NCBI GenBank assembly: GCA_963701965.1
Contig: OY969695.1
Coordinates: 416,001-480,000 of the forward strand
DNA length: 64,000 bases
Direction of reading: 5' to 3'
Origin: an uncultured Gemmatimonadales bacterium
Lineage (GTDB): Bacteria > Gemmatimonadota > Gemmatimonadetes > Gemmatimonadales > Gemmatimonadaceae
In this document: one piece after another, positions 1-10,777 of the stretch
How the letters are laid out: each line of letters starts with the position of its first letter
Numbering within the stretch: position 1 is the first letter of the stretch
Notes under the pieces: model-generated
What the model was told of the DNA's origin: nothing
The model's input: only the letters and a program-made list of their open reading frames with translations
The model's database searches: none
Made by a program: the position numbers and the translations under genes

Positions 1-841
1 GATTCATCTTGGCGTTGGTGTTGTACCCCTCAACCGCATCCTCGGTGAGCGAGAGATGGTGCGGGCAGACCTCGGCCGTCACCCGAATCCCGCGCTCCTT
101 GCCCCAGCGAATCAGTTCGACCGACCCTTTCGTGCTCATGTGCGCCAGATGCACGTGGCCGCCCGTCCGCCGCGCCAGCAGGATGTCGCGGATGACCATG
201 ATCTCTTCGGCCTCGGCCGGAACGCCCTTCAATCCTAGACGCGCGCTGACCAAGCCCTCGTTCATGGCGCCACCCGCCGCCAACGTCGGCTCCTCGCAGT
301 GATCGATGACCGGGATCTGGAACGTGCGCGCGTACTCGAGCGCCGTCCGCATGAGGTGCGCGCTGACGACGGGTCGCCCATCGTCGCTGATCGCGATCGC
401 CCCCGCCCCCACCATCTCCCCGACTTCGGCTAACGCCTCACCTTTTTGTCGCACCGAGATCGCGCCGATCGGGTAGACCCGGGCGGCGTGCGCGGCGAGG
501 CCCTGGCGCACCACGAATCCCACGGCCGCTTGATTGTCGGTCACGGGGTCCGTGTTGGGCATGGCACAGACCGCGGTGAAGCCGCCCGCCGCCGCGGCGC
601 GCGCGCCGGACGCGATCGTCTCCACGTCCTCGCGGCCGGGCTCGCGCAGATGCGTGTGGACGTCGATGAATCCGGGCGCGACAATGCACCCCCCGCAGTC
701 GATCACCTCGACGCCGTCCGGACCGGCCACCGATTCGCCAACGTGCTCGATCGTGCCATCGACCAGCAGCACATCGCCGATCGTATCCAGGTCCCGGGAC
801 GGATCGATGATCCGCCCACCGCGCAAAATGAGAGGCTTCAT
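1..841 (-). CDS. pyrC: dihydroorotase (multifunctional-complex type), truncated by the window edge
   Basis: Not in the ORF track; read by hand from ATG at 841 (ATGA overlap with the pyrB stop): [14 protein letters not shown]...[14 protein letters not shown]...[12 protein letters not shown]...SDDG...HCEE...AEVCPHHL...NAKMN. Confidence 0.95.
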   Translation of the reverse strand, partial: MKPLILRGGRIIDPSRDLDTIGDVLLVDGTIEHVGESVAGPDGVEVIDCGGCIVAPGFIDVHTHLREPGREDVETIASGARAAAAGGFTAVCAMPNTDPVTDNQAAVGFVVRQGLAAHAARVYPIGAISVRQKGEALAEVGEMVGAGAIAISDDGRPVVSAHLMRTALEYARTFQIPVIDHCEEPTLAAGGAMNEGLVSARLGLKGVPAEAEEIMVIRDILLARRTGGHVHLAHMSTKGSVELIRWGKERGIRVTAEVCPHHLSLTEDAVEGYNTNAKMN

Positions 842-1791
842 CCCTTCTTCGCCGCCTCGGCCAGCTCTGGCCGGCCACCGGCGAGGAGGTACAACACCGC
901 CATGCGAATGGCCACGCCGTTCGTCACCTGGTCAAGGATCACGCTGTGGGGTCCGTCCGCGACGTTGGAGTCGATTTCGACACCGCGATTCATCGGACCG
1001 GGGTGCAAAATCACCAGGTCGCGCGGTGACCGCGCCACCCGCTCCGCTGTCACGCCGAACACGCGATTGTACTCGCGCAGCGAGGGGATGTATCCCGCCG
1101 TCATGCGCTCCAGCTGCAGGCGCAGGACGTTGAGCGCCTGGGCCCACTCGATGGCCCCCTCGATGCGATCGAAGACGATGACCCCGAGATCTTCGATGCC
1201 GTGGGGCAACAGGGATCGGGGCCCGCACACCGCGACCTCGGCGCCCATCTTCTTGAGGCCCCAGATGTTCGAGCGGGCCACACGGGAGTGGAGCACGTCG
1301 CCGCAGATGCAGACGCGCAACCCCTCGAGCGTCGTAAACCGGTCGCGCAGCGTCAACAGGTCGAGCAGCCCTTGCGTCGGATGCTCGTGGGTGCCGTCCC
1401 CGGCGTTGATGACGTTCGACTCGATGCGTTCGGCCAGAAACTGCGCCGCCCCCGACGCCCCGTGTCGGATCACGACCATGTCGATCCGCATCGCCTCGAG
1501 GTTGCGCGCCGTGTCGACCAACGTCTCGCCCTTGGACACACTGGAGCCGGAGGCGGCGACGTTCACGGTGTCGGCCGAGAGGCGTTTCTCGGCGAACTCG
1601 AACGAAACGCGCGTCCGGGTCGACGCCTCGAAGAACAGGTTGACGATCGTGGAGCCGCGCAGCGTCGGCACCTTCTTGATCGCGCGCTCGCTGATCTCCT
1701 TGAAGGGCTCGGCGGTATCGAGGATCAGTCGAATCTGATCGGCGCTCAGGTGCTCCAGCCCGAGCAGATCCTTGCCGAGCGGACTGCTCAC
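838..1791 (-). CDS. pyrB: aspartate carbamoyltransferase catalytic subunit
   Basis: [19 protein letters not shown] and HPGP motifs; lies between pyrR and pyrC. Confidence 0.97.
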   Translation of the reverse strand: MSSPLGKDLLGLEHLSADQIRLILDTAEPFKEISERAIKKVPTLRGSTIVNLFFEASTRTRVSFEFAEKRLSADTVNVAASGSSVSKGETLVDTARNLEAMRIDMVVIRHGASGAAQFLAERIESNVINAGDGTHEHPTQGLLDLLTLRDRFTTLEGLRVCICGDVLHSRVARSNIWGLKKMGAEVAVCGPRSLLPHGIEDLGVIVFDRIEGAIEWAQALNVLRLQLERMTAGYIPSLREYNRVFGVTAERVARSPRDLVILHPGPMNRGVEIDSNVADGPHSVILDQVTNGVAIRMAVLYLLAGGRPELAEAAKKG

Positions 1792-2327
1792 TGCGCCACC
1801 AGGATCACCGCATCCTTGCCATCGAGCGCCTGGACCAGTACGTCCACGCGTTGCTCGCGCGGCAGGTCGACGCGCTTCCCGACGATATCGGCGTGAATGG
1901 GCAGCTCCCGACCCCCACGATCCACGAGCACGGCGAGCGCGATACGCGCCGGGCGGCCGAAATCCGCCAATTCGTCGAGCGCCGCGCGGACCGTCCGCCC
2001 CGTATACAGCACGTCGTCGACGATCACGATCTGCGCGCCATCGATGTCGCGCGGCAGATCGGTCGCGCCGACTACGGGTCGCGGGCCGATCGTCTGGAGG
2101 TCGTCGCGATAGAGCGTAATGTCCAGGGCGCCCCGGGCCGGCGTGTCGCCCTCCCGCTCGCCGATCAACGCCGCGATGCGGTCGGCCAACTGGACGCCGC
2201 GGCGTTGGATACCCACCAACATCAGGCCGTCCGTGCCGCCATTCAGCTCGACGATCTCGCCCGCCATGCGCTTGAGCGTGCGGTCGACGGCGCGGGCGTC
2301 CAGCAACGTTATGGATGTGGAATTCAT
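1788..2327 (-). CDS. pyrR: bifunctional pyrimidine regulator PyrR / uracil phosphoribosyltransferase
   Basis: [13 protein letters not shown] motif [19 protein letters not shown]; overlaps pyrB start. Confidence 0.95.
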   Translation of the reverse strand: MNSTSITLLDARAVDRTLKRMAGEIVELNGGTDGLMLVGIQRRGVQLADRIAALIGEREGDTPARGALDITLYRDDLQTIGPRPVVGATDLPRDIDGAQIVIVDDVLYTGRTVRAALDELADFGRPARIALAVLVDRGGRELPIHADIVGKRVDLPREQRVDVLVQALDGKDAVILVAQ

Positions 2328-2363
2328 GCCGCGGCCAAATATGTAGGCCGCCCCCGACTATTT

Positions 2364-2570
2364 CTACGTGCCGCGCTCATCCCGCTGCTGTTCGTCCGCC
2401 AGCCGGATGGTGAGGCCCGCCGGTTTGTTGTACCGCCGCAAGAATGCCCGGAATTTGACCGCGGCCATCCGGGCGTCGTCCTCGGCGCCGGTGATGATCA
2501 CTCGGGCTTCGTATGTCACACGATGCGGCGGCGTCGGCGCAATCTCGATATGCGGCAAAGTCATGCCCAC
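2364..2570 (-). CDS. small hypothetical protein (66-68 aa)
   Basis: Protein-like composition; fills the gap upstream of pyrR and is divergent from the XRE gene; no clear RBS. Confidence 0.45.
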   Translation of the reverse strand: MGMTLPHIEIAPTPPHRVTYEARVIITGAEDDARMAAVKFRAFLRRYNKPAGLTIRLADEQQRDERGT

Positions 2571-2661
2571 GGTTGAGCTCGGGTCGAGGGTTGAGGAGAC
2601 AGAATCCCTCTACGGACCCGCTGATGGGCATCGACCCTACATCTGGTCACGTCCGCCCGCG

Positions 2662-2724
2662 GTGTCACTTACCGGAGACCACGACACCCGGATGCCGAGC
2701 GCCCGTGTGTCACTCACCCGTGAG
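2662..2724. promoter_or_regulatory. two imperfect 18-bp direct repeats, candidate XRE operators
   Basis: GTGTCACTTACCGGAGAC (2662-2679) and GTGTCACTCACCCGTGAG (2707-2724), 14/18 identical; core TCAC-N6-GWGA is quasi-palindromic. Confidence 0.45.
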
Positions 2725-2764
2725 CCATCAGCCCGTGGCCGCTTCCGATGTCGAACGTTAGAAA

Positions 2765-3016
2765 GTGAGCGTGCCCCGCCACCAACCCGCCGACCAGAAA
2801 GTCCTCGCCACCGTGCTCATCGCGATGCGCAAAGCCCGTGGCTTGTCCCAGGAACGCTTCGCCGCGGTCTCCAGCGTCGACCGGGCTTACGTCGGCGGCA
2901 TCGAACGGGGCCAGCGGCGGCCGTCGTTTCTGGTGCTCGAGAAGCTGCTGACGGGTCTCGATCATACGTGGACGGAGTTCGGCCAGGCGCTGGATCGGGA
3001 AGCACGCCGTCGGTAA
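2765..3016 (+). CDS. XRE-family helix-turn-helix regulator (controller C-protein-like)
   Basis: RKARGLSQERFA...DRAYVGGIERGQRRPS. Confidence 0.85.
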   Translation: MSVPRHQPADQKVLATVLIAMRKARGLSQERFAAVSSVDRAYVGGIERGQRRPSFLVLEKLLTGLDHTWTEFGQALDREARRR

Positions 3017-3025
3017 CCTTCGGTC

Positions 3026-4004
3026 TTGTCCACCATATCGACGTTGGCGATGCTGCTGTTCGCGGCATCGACCGCCGCCGGGCAACCGGCGGCGTCAGCG
3101 CTTCTGGACACCGTTCGGGCCAACCTCCGGGCCCCCGTGACGATGGACCGCCTCAAGGCCGCCGAGCACGCCCGGGCCACGTTGGACGGTCTTCCGGACA
3201 CGTTCGTCGCTCAGAAGGTCGAAGCGCACGCCGCGCTCGGCGCCCTGTTCCGGGATGTCGACTACGACGACGGCATCGCGTTCCACGCCAACGCCGTCAT
3301 CGCGCTGGCCCCCCGCCTCGACTCGGCGGACCGCATCCGCCTGGCGCACTCGCTCATATACGCCTTTCGCAACCTCGCCGAGGTGGTCGCCGGCCATGGC
3401 GACACGCCGACGGCGCTCGAGCTTCTGCGCCACGCCCCCGCCGGTCTCCCCGGGGTGCCCGGCGTCGTCGATGGCCTCTCCGAGGAGGTCGCGCGTTATC
3501 GCATGGTCGGCCACGCCGCTCCGCCGATCTCCGCGTCGAATTGGTTCAACGCGCCTGCCGGAACGACGCGCCTCGATCCCGGCGCGGGCGGGCCGGTCAC
3601 GGTCATCGAGCTCACGGCCTGGTGGTGCGCGGCCTGCACGCGGAGCTATCCCGCCCTTCTGGCCCTGCAAAAGAAGTACGGCGCGGACAAGGTGCATCTC
3701 GGTGCTGGCCACGAATCTCATGGGACAGTTCCGCGCCGACACGGGTCTCACCCCGTCCGCCGAGTTGGCCGAGCTTCGCACGTACTTCACCCAGGAGCAC
3801 ACGCTGGCCTGCCCCATCGCCGTGGCCGACAATCCGGGCGACGGCCTCGATCCGATCGCCCAGGCGTACCACGTCTACGCCATCCCCGAGACCCTGATCG
3901 TCGACCGCCATGGCCTGGTGCAGCGCATCCTCCTCGGCTGGGACGACGGCAACGACAAGCGCGTCGACGACGCGGTCGGCGCGGCGCTGGGCGCTACGCC
4001 CTGA
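3026..4004 (+). CDS. exported TlpA/redoxin-family thiol-disulfide oxidoreductase, frameshifted at about 3701
   Basis: Signal peptide; WWCAAC (CxxC); the C-terminal half (AYHVYAIPETLIVDRHG) is in the +1 frame; removing one G at 3701-3702 restores KVHLVLATNL. Confidence 0.75.
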
Positions 4005-5067
4005 CCGTCCCGTATTGCTCGTCCAGCAACCCGGCCAGCGCCGACGCTACCGCGCTGACCGCGATCGAATCGACCGACGTGTCGTCGTCCGCGAACACCG
4101 CGCGTGAGGGCACGCGATACGGCGTCCACATCCACTTGTTGGGCGTGTGCCACGACACCGTCGGCCGCCCGAATGCCGCCGCCACGTGGATGACGCCCGT
4201 ATCGGGCGTCAACACCGCGTCCGCGGTCGCCACCCGGGCGATCACCTCGCGCAGGGATCCCGTGCACCAGCTCACTCCCGCGGCTTCCGCGATCCGCTCC
4301 AGTCGCGGCACCTGGTCGGGGAGCCCCGTGACGAGCACCCGCAAATCGCCGCGCGCGGCCTGCACCTGGCGGATCACATCGACGAGACGCTCATCGCGCC
4401 ACTCGTTCCGCGGATCGGCCGCGGAAATGTTCACGAACAGGCGGAGGCCCGCGCCCAGCGCGGACCATCGCCCATCCGCGGCCAGACGCTCTTCCGGCGA
4501 GATCGCCAGTTGCGGCCGGCAATCGGCGCCATCCCCGCCGAAAGGCGCCGCCAACTCCGCGCACTGCTCGGCGTGGTGCCGTGACTGGTCGCGGTCGACC
4601 GGCACGTTGTACAGGTAGTGGTTGCGCGTGCTCCGAAAGCCGATCCGGAATTTGGCCCCGGCGGCGAGCAGGAACAGGACCAATGCGGTCGGCGTGGCGT
4701 CCCGGATCGACATGCAATCGACCACGACATCGTAGCGTTGCTTGCGGATGTGCGCGAGGAGCGCGAGCGACGGCCATCGGCGCGTCCCGGTACAATCGAA
4801 CGCGATGACCTGGCGCACATACGGCATCCCGTCGAGCACGGGCGCAACGGACGCGCGCACCAGCACGTCGACTTGGGTCCCCGGACGCGACGCGGCGATC
4901 TGCCGGATGAGACCGGTGGTCAGGACCAGATCCCCGATGACCTGGTAGCGTATGACCAGCACCCGGTGCGGTCCCGGCGGAATGCTGGCGACGGCACGCG
5001 GGCCGCCCAGCAGACGCGCCGCCCCACGCTGCACACGATCGCGTGCCCAGCGTTCGAGCCGGCGCAT
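3994..5067 (-). CDS. glycosyltransferase family 9 (LPS heptosyltransferase-like)
   Basis: RVLVIR..IGDLVL and TPDTGVIHVAAAFGRPTV motifs; start ATG 5067 overlaps the upstream stop. Confidence 0.88.
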   Translation of the reverse strand: MRRLERWARDRVQRGAARLLGGPRAVASIPPGPHRVLVIRYQVIGDLVLTTGLIRQIAASRPGTQVDVLVRASVAPVLDGMPYVRQVIAFDCTGTRRWPSLALLAHIRKQRYDVVVDCMSIRDATPTALVLFLLAAGAKFRIGFRSTRNHYLYNVPVDRDQSRHHAEQCAELAAPFGGDGADCRPQLAISPEERLAADGRWSALGAGLRLFVNISAADPRNEWRDERLVDVIRQVQAARGDLRVLVTGLPDQVPRLERIAEAAGVSWCTGSLREVIARVATADAVLTPDTGVIHVAAAFGRPTVSWHTPNKWMWTPYRVPSRAVFADDDTSVDSIAVSAVASALAGLLDEQYGTVRA

Positions 5068-5567
5068 CAACCCGACGGGCAGTGGTCGGCGATTTCCACG
5101 CGCGCGATCGCGCCGCCCACGACGGCGAGGCGCACGCATTGGCTTTTGTGGAGTGGCGTCCCCGTCGCCTGGGTCGCGTGAAATCCCGACGACTGGTTCG
5201 GACGGATGATGAAGGTGTAGTGCGACGCGTCCGGCGCTTGAACGGTGAAGTGCTCGGGCGTATGGCGCGCGGCATCGGCGACCGTATAGTCCGTGATCAT
5301 GCCCTCGACGGTCTGGTTGCTGCCGCTCTGCAGCGCGGAGCGCAGCTCCCTCCGGGAGGCTGGTTCATACGTCGCGGCGATGACCGCGCCCCCCGCACCG
5401 AGCAGGATGCACGCCCGGACCGCCCAGTGCCGCAGGGGCCCGTGTTGGGCGCGCATGGCGCGCCGCCAGAGGAGGAGCGCCACGGCGCAAAAGGCGAACG
5501 CGAGCCCGAGCTTCCAGGGCGGATTCGCGCCGCCGAGATCGTACACCGTATGGTAGGAAATCGGCAT
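5067..5567 (-). CDS. hypothetical membrane protein (two TM segments + OB-like C-terminus)
   Basis: Two hydrophobic segments then VEGMITDY...EHFTV; coupled to the GT9 gene by TGATG. Confidence 0.6.
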   Translation of the reverse strand: MPISYHTVYDLGGANPPWKLGLAFAFCAVALLLWRRAMRAQHGPLRHWAVRACILLGAGGAVIAATYEPASRRELRSALQSGSNQTVEGMITDYTVADAARHTPEHFTVQAPDASHYTFIIRPNQSSGFHATQATGTPLHKSQCVRLAVVGGAIARVEIADHCPSG

Positions 5568-5664
5568 CGACAACCGTGAAATGTGTTCCCCGCGCTGGCC
5601 CCTCGCTAGCGTCGGCAGGCGTTGGCCGTTATCGTGGGGAGCCCTCATACCCCGGGATGCCGTC

Positions 5665-7680
5665 ATGCTCGCGCTGCTTCTCGCTTTTCAGCAGGTCGCC
5701 GACACGTCGCACGCGGGCTTGCCACCCAGCCCGGTGGCGACGATCGCCGTCACGCCCGCGCACGCTGTCATCACCGTCGGCGATTCCCTGCGCCTGACGG
5801 CGACGCCGCAAGACGCCGCCGGTCACGCCGTGCCCGGCGCGCGCGTGCGCTTCTTCAAGTCGTTTGGATTCGAGGGTGGCGTCGACACGACCGGCATGGT
5901 GCACGCGGGGTCGCCCGGGCACTTCCATGTGTTCATGGTCGCGACCGTCCCTGGCACCCGGCCCGGGAAACCGGTCGACTTCCTCGCCGAGTTCGCTCCC
6001 GCGCCGCCCAAGCGTATCGAGGTGACTCCGGCGGTGCAGCGGTTGATGGTCGGCCAACGTCTCGCCTTGCAAGCGGCCGCGTACTCGGCGTTCGGCGATC
6101 GGGAGTCGGGCGCGATCGCCTGGCGGTCGAGCGACCCGTCCGTGGTCCGCGTGGCCAACGATGGCCGCCTCGCGGCGCTCGCGATCGGCTACGCGACGAT
6201 CACCGCCACCGCCGGACCGGCGTCCCAAACCCTCGACGTCACGGTCCGCCCGAACACCGTCCGTTCCGTCGAGGTCACGGGGCCCACCGGACCGGTGCGG
6301 ACCGGCGACGTGATCCACCTGCGCGCCGTCGCCCGCGATGCCTCGGGCCACGCCGTCGCGGACGTGACGCCCGAGTGGATGGTCGCGCCCGGTCAGGGCG
6401 TGATCGATCCGGACGGCAGCTTCGTGCCCTACGAAGCCGGCGTGTACACCGTGAGCGCGAGTGTCGGCGCGGCCACCGGCGAGACCGGCGTGGTCGTCCA
6501 GCATCGCGCCGTGCGGCGGGCCACGACGACGCTCGGGCGCATTCCGCTCGCCAAGGTGGGCACGACCGAGTTCTGGCCCCATCCCAACGGGAAAAACGCC
6601 TATCTGGCGACGCTCGCGGACCGCGTCTACGCACTGGATATCAGCGATCCGGCGCACCCGCGGATCACCGACTCCGTCGTCGTCGACGCGCGGATCGTCA
6701 ACGACGTGATGAGCACCGCCGATGGCAAGTACGCGGTCTTGACGCGCGAGGGCGCGTCGAGCCGCCGGAACGGGATCGTCGTGCTCTCGCTGGCGGACCC
6801 GGCGCACCCCAAGGCCATTGCCGACTATACCGAGACCGTGACCGGCGGCGTGCACTCGACCTATGTCTACGAGCAGCCCAAGTACGGGACGTTCGTGTTT
6901 CTGACCGACGATGCGACCGGGTCGATGCGGGTCATCGATCTCAACGATCCGATGCATCCCAAGGAAGTGGCCCGCTGGCAGACCTCGCGCGGCGCCGGGC
7001 GGATGCTGCACGACATCGACATCACCGATGGTCTGGCCTACTTGTCGTACTGGAACGACGGGCTGGTCATCCTCAATGTCGGCAACGGCATCAAGGGCGG
7101 CTCGCCAACGCATCCGCAGTTCGTGAGCCAGTTCACGTACGACCTCAACGACCTGTATCGCAGCGTCGAGGCCGAGGGCGGCCCGGGATACATCCGGGGC
7201 ACACATACGGCCTGGCGGCAGCGGAACGGGAAGTACGTCTTCGTGGGCGACGAGGTGTTCTCCTTCAAGCCGATCGGCATTGGCATGCCGGGCGACGAGC
7301 TCGGGAAAGCCAACGGCCGCATTCACGTGATCGACGTCAGCGACATCCTGCATCCGCGCGAGGTCGCGTACTATGAGCCGCCTGACGGCGGCTCGCACAA
7401 CGTGTGGGTCGCGGGCGACACGCTCTACATGGGCGACTATCAGGGCGGTTTGCGGGTCGTCGACGTCTCCGGGGAGCTGAGAGGCGACCTGTTGGCCGAG
7501 GACCGCGAGATCGCGCACGTCCACACGGGCGACGCCCAGGGGTTTGTCCCCAACGCCGCCATGGCCTGGGGCGCGTTCTACCTGAATGGCAACGTCGTCG
7601 TCAACGACATCTTCTCAGGACTCTGGATCGTGCGCGTCGATCCCAAGCCCGACAGCAAGCCCGCCGCGGCTATTCAGTAG
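5665..7680 (+). CDS. secreted Ig-like (Big_2) domain + LVIVD-repeat beta-propeller protein
   Basis: Signal peptide; Ig repeats (VATIAVTP, WRSSDPSV); LDISDPAHP / IDLNDPMHP / IDVSDILHP blades; motifs GGVHST, LHDID, GTHTAW, GSHNVW. Confidence 0.85.
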   Translation: MLALLLAFQQVADTSHAGLPPSPVATIAVTPAHAVITVGDSLRLTATPQDAAGHAVPGARVRFFKSFGFEGGVDTTGMVHAGSPGHFHVFMVATVPGTRPGKPVDFLAEFAPAPPKRIEVTPAVQRLMVGQRLALQAAAYSAFGDRESGAIAWRSSDPSVVRVANDGRLAALAIGYATITATAGPASQTLDVTVRPNTVRSVEVTGPTGPVRTGDVIHLRAVARDASGHAVADVTPEWMVAPGQGVIDPDGSFVPYEAGVYTVSASVGAATGETGVVVQHRAVRRATTTLGRIPLAKVGTTEFWPHPNGKNAYLATLADRVYALDISDPAHPRITDSVVVDARIVNDVMSTADGKYAVLTREGASSRRNGIVVLSLADPAHPKAIADYTETVTGGVHSTYVYEQPKYGTFVFLTDDATGSMRVIDLNDPMHPKEVARWQTSRGAGRMLHDIDITDGLAYLSYWNDGLVILNVGNGIKGGSPTHPQFVSQFTYDLNDLYRSVEAEGGPGYIRGTHTAWRQRNGKYVFVGDEVFSFKPIGIGMPGDELGKANGRIHVIDVSDILHPREVAYYEPPDGGSHNVWVAGDTLYMGDYQGGLRVVDVSGELRGDLLAEDREIAHVHTGDAQGFVPNAAMAWGAFYLNGNVVVNDIFSGLWIVRVDPKPDSKPAAAIQ

Positions 7681-7686
7681 ATCGCC

Positions 7687-8802
7687 ATGCGCTGGACGTC
7701 GATCATGATGGCACTGGCGACTCTCGTCGCGCCGCCCGCCGGCCCGACGGCGTCGCGACCGTACACCATCTACGTCGCCAGCGAGTCCGGCGACATCGTG
7801 ACGCGCATCGTCGTCGGCGCCGATGGGTGGCACAAGGTGCGCGAGATTCCCGTGGGCCTGAGCCCGGGCGACGTGGCGGGACCGCACAACGTCGCCGTGT
7901 CGCCGGACGGACGGTTCTGGTACGTGTCGATCGCACACGGACAGCCCTTCGGCTCCGTGTGGAAGTTCACGACCGGGAGCGACTCGCTCGTCGGGCGCGC
8001 GCCCGTCGGCATGTTCCCGACGACGGTGGGTTTGTCGCCGGACGGCGACTGGGCGTTCGTGCCGAACTCCGATTTTCATGGCGACCGCGGGCACCTGAAC
8101 ACGGTGTCCGTGATCTACACGCCGGACATGACATCGCTGGCCGAAGTGCCCACGTGCGACATGCCGCACGGATCGCGCGTGAGTCACCATGGGGCCACGG
8201 CGTACATCGCCTGCATGATGTCCGACGAGCTGGTCGCGATCGACGCGTCGACGTTCGGGATCAGCGGGCGCGCGCAGGTGGGGAGCGGCAAGCCGATGTC
8301 GATGACCATGGCCATGGAAGACGCGCCGCCGGGCGCGGCGTCGAGTACGATGCCGGGTCAAAACCCCGACTGTCTGACGACGTATGTGTCGGTCGCGCTC
8401 GACGATTCGACGGTCTACGTGGCCTGCAATCACGGCAATTCGCTGCAGATCCGGGACGCGCGGACGCTGGGCTTGATCAAGACGGTGCCGACCGGCGCCG
8501 GAGCCTACAACGTGGAGCCCTCCCCCGACGGCCGCTACGTCGTGGTCACGAACAAGAAGGCGCAGAGCGCCAGCATCTTCGATGCGAAGACGTTCGCCGA
8601 GTTGGCACGGGTCCCCACCAGCAAGAAAGTGCCACACGGCATCGCGTTTTCTCCGGACGGCCGCTACGCGTTCATCTCGTGCGAGTCAGTCGGCTCCGAT
8701 CCGGGCGCCGTCGACGCCATCGACTTGACCGCGCGGACCCTCGTCGGGTCGTTCGCGGTCCCCCGGCAGCCCACCGGCATTGCCGTCTGGAGCGGGTCGT
8801 AG
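7687..8802 (+). CDS. secreted YncE/YVTN-type beta-propeller protein
   Basis: Signal peptide; repeats PHNVAVSPDG, MPHG, PHGIAFSPDG; Met-rich insert PMSMTMAMED. Confidence 0.85.
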   Translation: MRWTSIMMALATLVAPPAGPTASRPYTIYVASESGDIVTRIVVGADGWHKVREIPVGLSPGDVAGPHNVAVSPDGRFWYVSIAHGQPFGSVWKFTTGSDSLVGRAPVGMFPTTVGLSPDGDWAFVPNSDFHGDRGHLNTVSVIYTPDMTSLAEVPTCDMPHGSRVSHHGATAYIACMMSDELVAIDASTFGISGRAQVGSGKPMSMTMAMEDAPPGAASSTMPGQNPDCLTTYVSVALDDSTVYVACNHGNSLQIRDARTLGLIKTVPTGAGAYNVEPSPDGRYVVVTNKKAQSASIFDAKTFAELARVPTSKKVPHGIAFSPDGRYAFISCESVGSDPGAVDAIDLTARTLVGSFAVPRQPTGIAVWSGS

Positions 8803-9636
8803 CGTCCAACGCACCGTGGCGACCAGCGCGACGAGCGCGACGATGACGAAGATGCTGCCTTCAGGACCTACACTTCCGCCGCTCATCCAGGACGCTCCCG
8901 CGGGATGCGACGTCAGGAGATGGCCGACCGAGGTGGTGCCGCTGTCTGAAGTGCCATAGAAGTACGACTCCGCCCAATCCCACGCGCCGTGGGCACCAAT
9001 GGCCCACCACAGGGATGATGCGCGCCACAGGCTATAACAGAATACGAGGCCCCCGAGCACGGCGCCGACGGCACCGAATGCCTCCTCGCCGCTATTGCCC
9101 AGGTGGAGCGCACCGAAGACCGTCGACAAAAGCACGGCGGCAGGCCAGAAGCCGATACCGCGAGCCAGGGTCTGTTGCACGTAGCCGCGAAAGAGCAGCT
9201 CCTCGACCATACCGATCAGGAGACAGGCGAACGCCCACTCGGCACCAAACCGCAGCGCGTTCGCGCGCGTCAACGCCACGCCGTCGAAGACAATGTGGCC
9301 GGTGACCGCCAAGAGTCCGATGAGAAGCGACAGGATGGCAAACCCGGCGACCGCTCCAACAATGAGACGTCGCCACCAGTACGTATCCCGCAGACCGTAC
9401 GACCAGACGCTCCGTTTCTCCAGCAGTGCCATGAGCGCGGTGGCGATGAGAATCGGGACAAGAAGGGCTGTCTCGCCGGTGATCACCGACACAGGCGACG
9501 ACCCCGCAGACTCTGCGGCCCGCGGCAACAGACCCGAGAGCAGGCGCTGGAGCACGTACACCAGAGCCGCGAACACGCCGCCGAACAGGATAGTCCGACC
9601 AAAGGCGAATAGCGCCTTGCGACCTCGATTGATCAT
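8686..9636 (-). CDS. CPBP (CAAX/Abi) family intramembrane glutamic endopeptidase
   Basis: EELLFRG, FGALH and AHGAWD motifs; multiple TM segments. Confidence 0.9.
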   Translation of the reverse strand: MINRGRKALFAFGRTILFGGVFAALVYVLQRLLSGLLPRAAESAGSSPVSVITGETALLVPILIATALMALLEKRSVWSYGLRDTYWWRRLIVGAVAGFAILSLLIGLLAVTGHIVFDGVALTRANALRFGAEWAFACLLIGMVEELLFRGYVQQTLARGIGFWPAAVLLSTVFGALHLGNSGEEAFGAVGAVLGGLVFCYSLWRASSLWWAIGAHGAWDWAESYFYGTSDSGTTSVGHLLTSHPAGASWMSGGSVGPEGSIFVIVALVALVATVRWTLRPAPDGNAGGLPGDRERPDEGPRGQVDGVDGARIGAD

Positions 9637-9700
9637 ACTGGACAGTACGTCTCGCTGACGAAGAATGTTTCGCGGTACGGGTGGTGGTAGGATGCGATCG

Positions 9701-10729
9701 ATGCGTATACACGCACGACGATCGGCCCTCGTCGGTTTCACGTTCTCGCTCGCCGCGAGCGCGTCGGCCCAGCAAAGCCTCACGGTGCGGATCACGGCGG
9801 CGGATGATAGCCAGCCGTTGCCGTACAGCACCGTCACCATCAACCCGCCCGGACAGTCGCGATTCACCAGCGTCGACGGCCGCATCATGTTTGGTGCGCT
9901 GGCTACCGGCACGTATCGACTGAGCGCCCGGGAGATCGGGTTCGCGCCGGCGGACACGACCATCGATCTGGCGGACGGCGTGCCCCCGAGTGTGACGCTC
10001 GCGCTGCGCCGGGTCCCGATCACGTTGGCGCGCATTGTCGTACATGGAGAGCGGTCAAAGGATTGCCTGGCGACCGGTATTCCCGACTCGGCGGCCGATC
10101 CGGATATCGCGGCGGTGTTTCGGGAGCTCCGCCTCAACGTCGATCGCGTGCGGCTCCTGACCCGCGAGTATCCGCTGCAGTACCGGTTGGAACGGCGGAT
10201 GGTGCGCCGGCGGGCCGGCGACCGGGACTCGATCATCCGCCACGACACCGTGCAGTTCAGCGATTCCCACGAGCGCTACCGGCCGGGCAACGTCGTGTAC
10301 TTCGACTTGGACCAGGGCCGGCGGACGCAGTTCGTGCGTCTGATCAGCTTCGCCGATCTCGCCGACTCGGTATTTCAGAGCACCCACTGCTTCGATTTCG
10401 ACGGACAGGAGACCGTTGACGGCGTGCCATCGATCAAGATCGTGTTTCGCGCGGCGCGCGACGTGCGGACGCCGGACGTCGAGGGCACGATCTATCTCGA
10501 CGCGAACCGGTACGTGGTGCGCCGCGCCGACTTTCATTTGTCCCACCCGGAGCGCGCCAAACCACCCATCGGCGGGATGGAAGTGACGACGACATTCCGG
10601 GAGGTCGCGCCCCTGATCACCATCTTCGAGACGGTCGAAGCAACGCAGCCGGCCGGGCAAGAACGGGCGATCGAGACCGACCGGCTCGTGTCGTTCGCGT
10701 ACGTGGCCCGCGCCCCGGGACAGCAGTAG
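9701..10729 (+). CDS. secreted carboxypeptidase-regulatory-like domain protein
   Basis: Signal peptide ending ASAQ; DSQPLPYSTV...TSVDGR...GTYRLSAREIGFAP. Confidence 0.75.
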   Translation: MRIHARRSALVGFTFSLAASASAQQSLTVRITAADDSQPLPYSTVTINPPGQSRFTSVDGRIMFGALATGTYRLSAREIGFAPADTTIDLADGVPPSVTLALRRVPITLARIVVHGERSKDCLATGIPDSAADPDIAAVFRELRLNVDRVRLLTREYPLQYRLERRMVRRRAGDRDSIIRHDTVQFSDSHERYRPGNVVYFDLDQGRRTQFVRLISFADLADSVFQSTHCFDFDGQETVDGVPSIKIVFRAARDVRTPDVEGTIYLDANRYVVRRADFHLSHPERAKPPIGGMEVTTTFREVAPLITIFETVEATQPAGQERAIETDRLVSFAYVARAPGQQ

Positions 10730-10777
10730 GCGCCACACCCTGGCGGAGGTCCCTCCGCACGTACATTCTCCGGACCA

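Noticed and set aside
2328..2640. PyrR-binding attenuator upstream of pyrR
   Set aside because: No AGTCCnGnGAGG-type binding loop or U-tailed terminator could be found by eye
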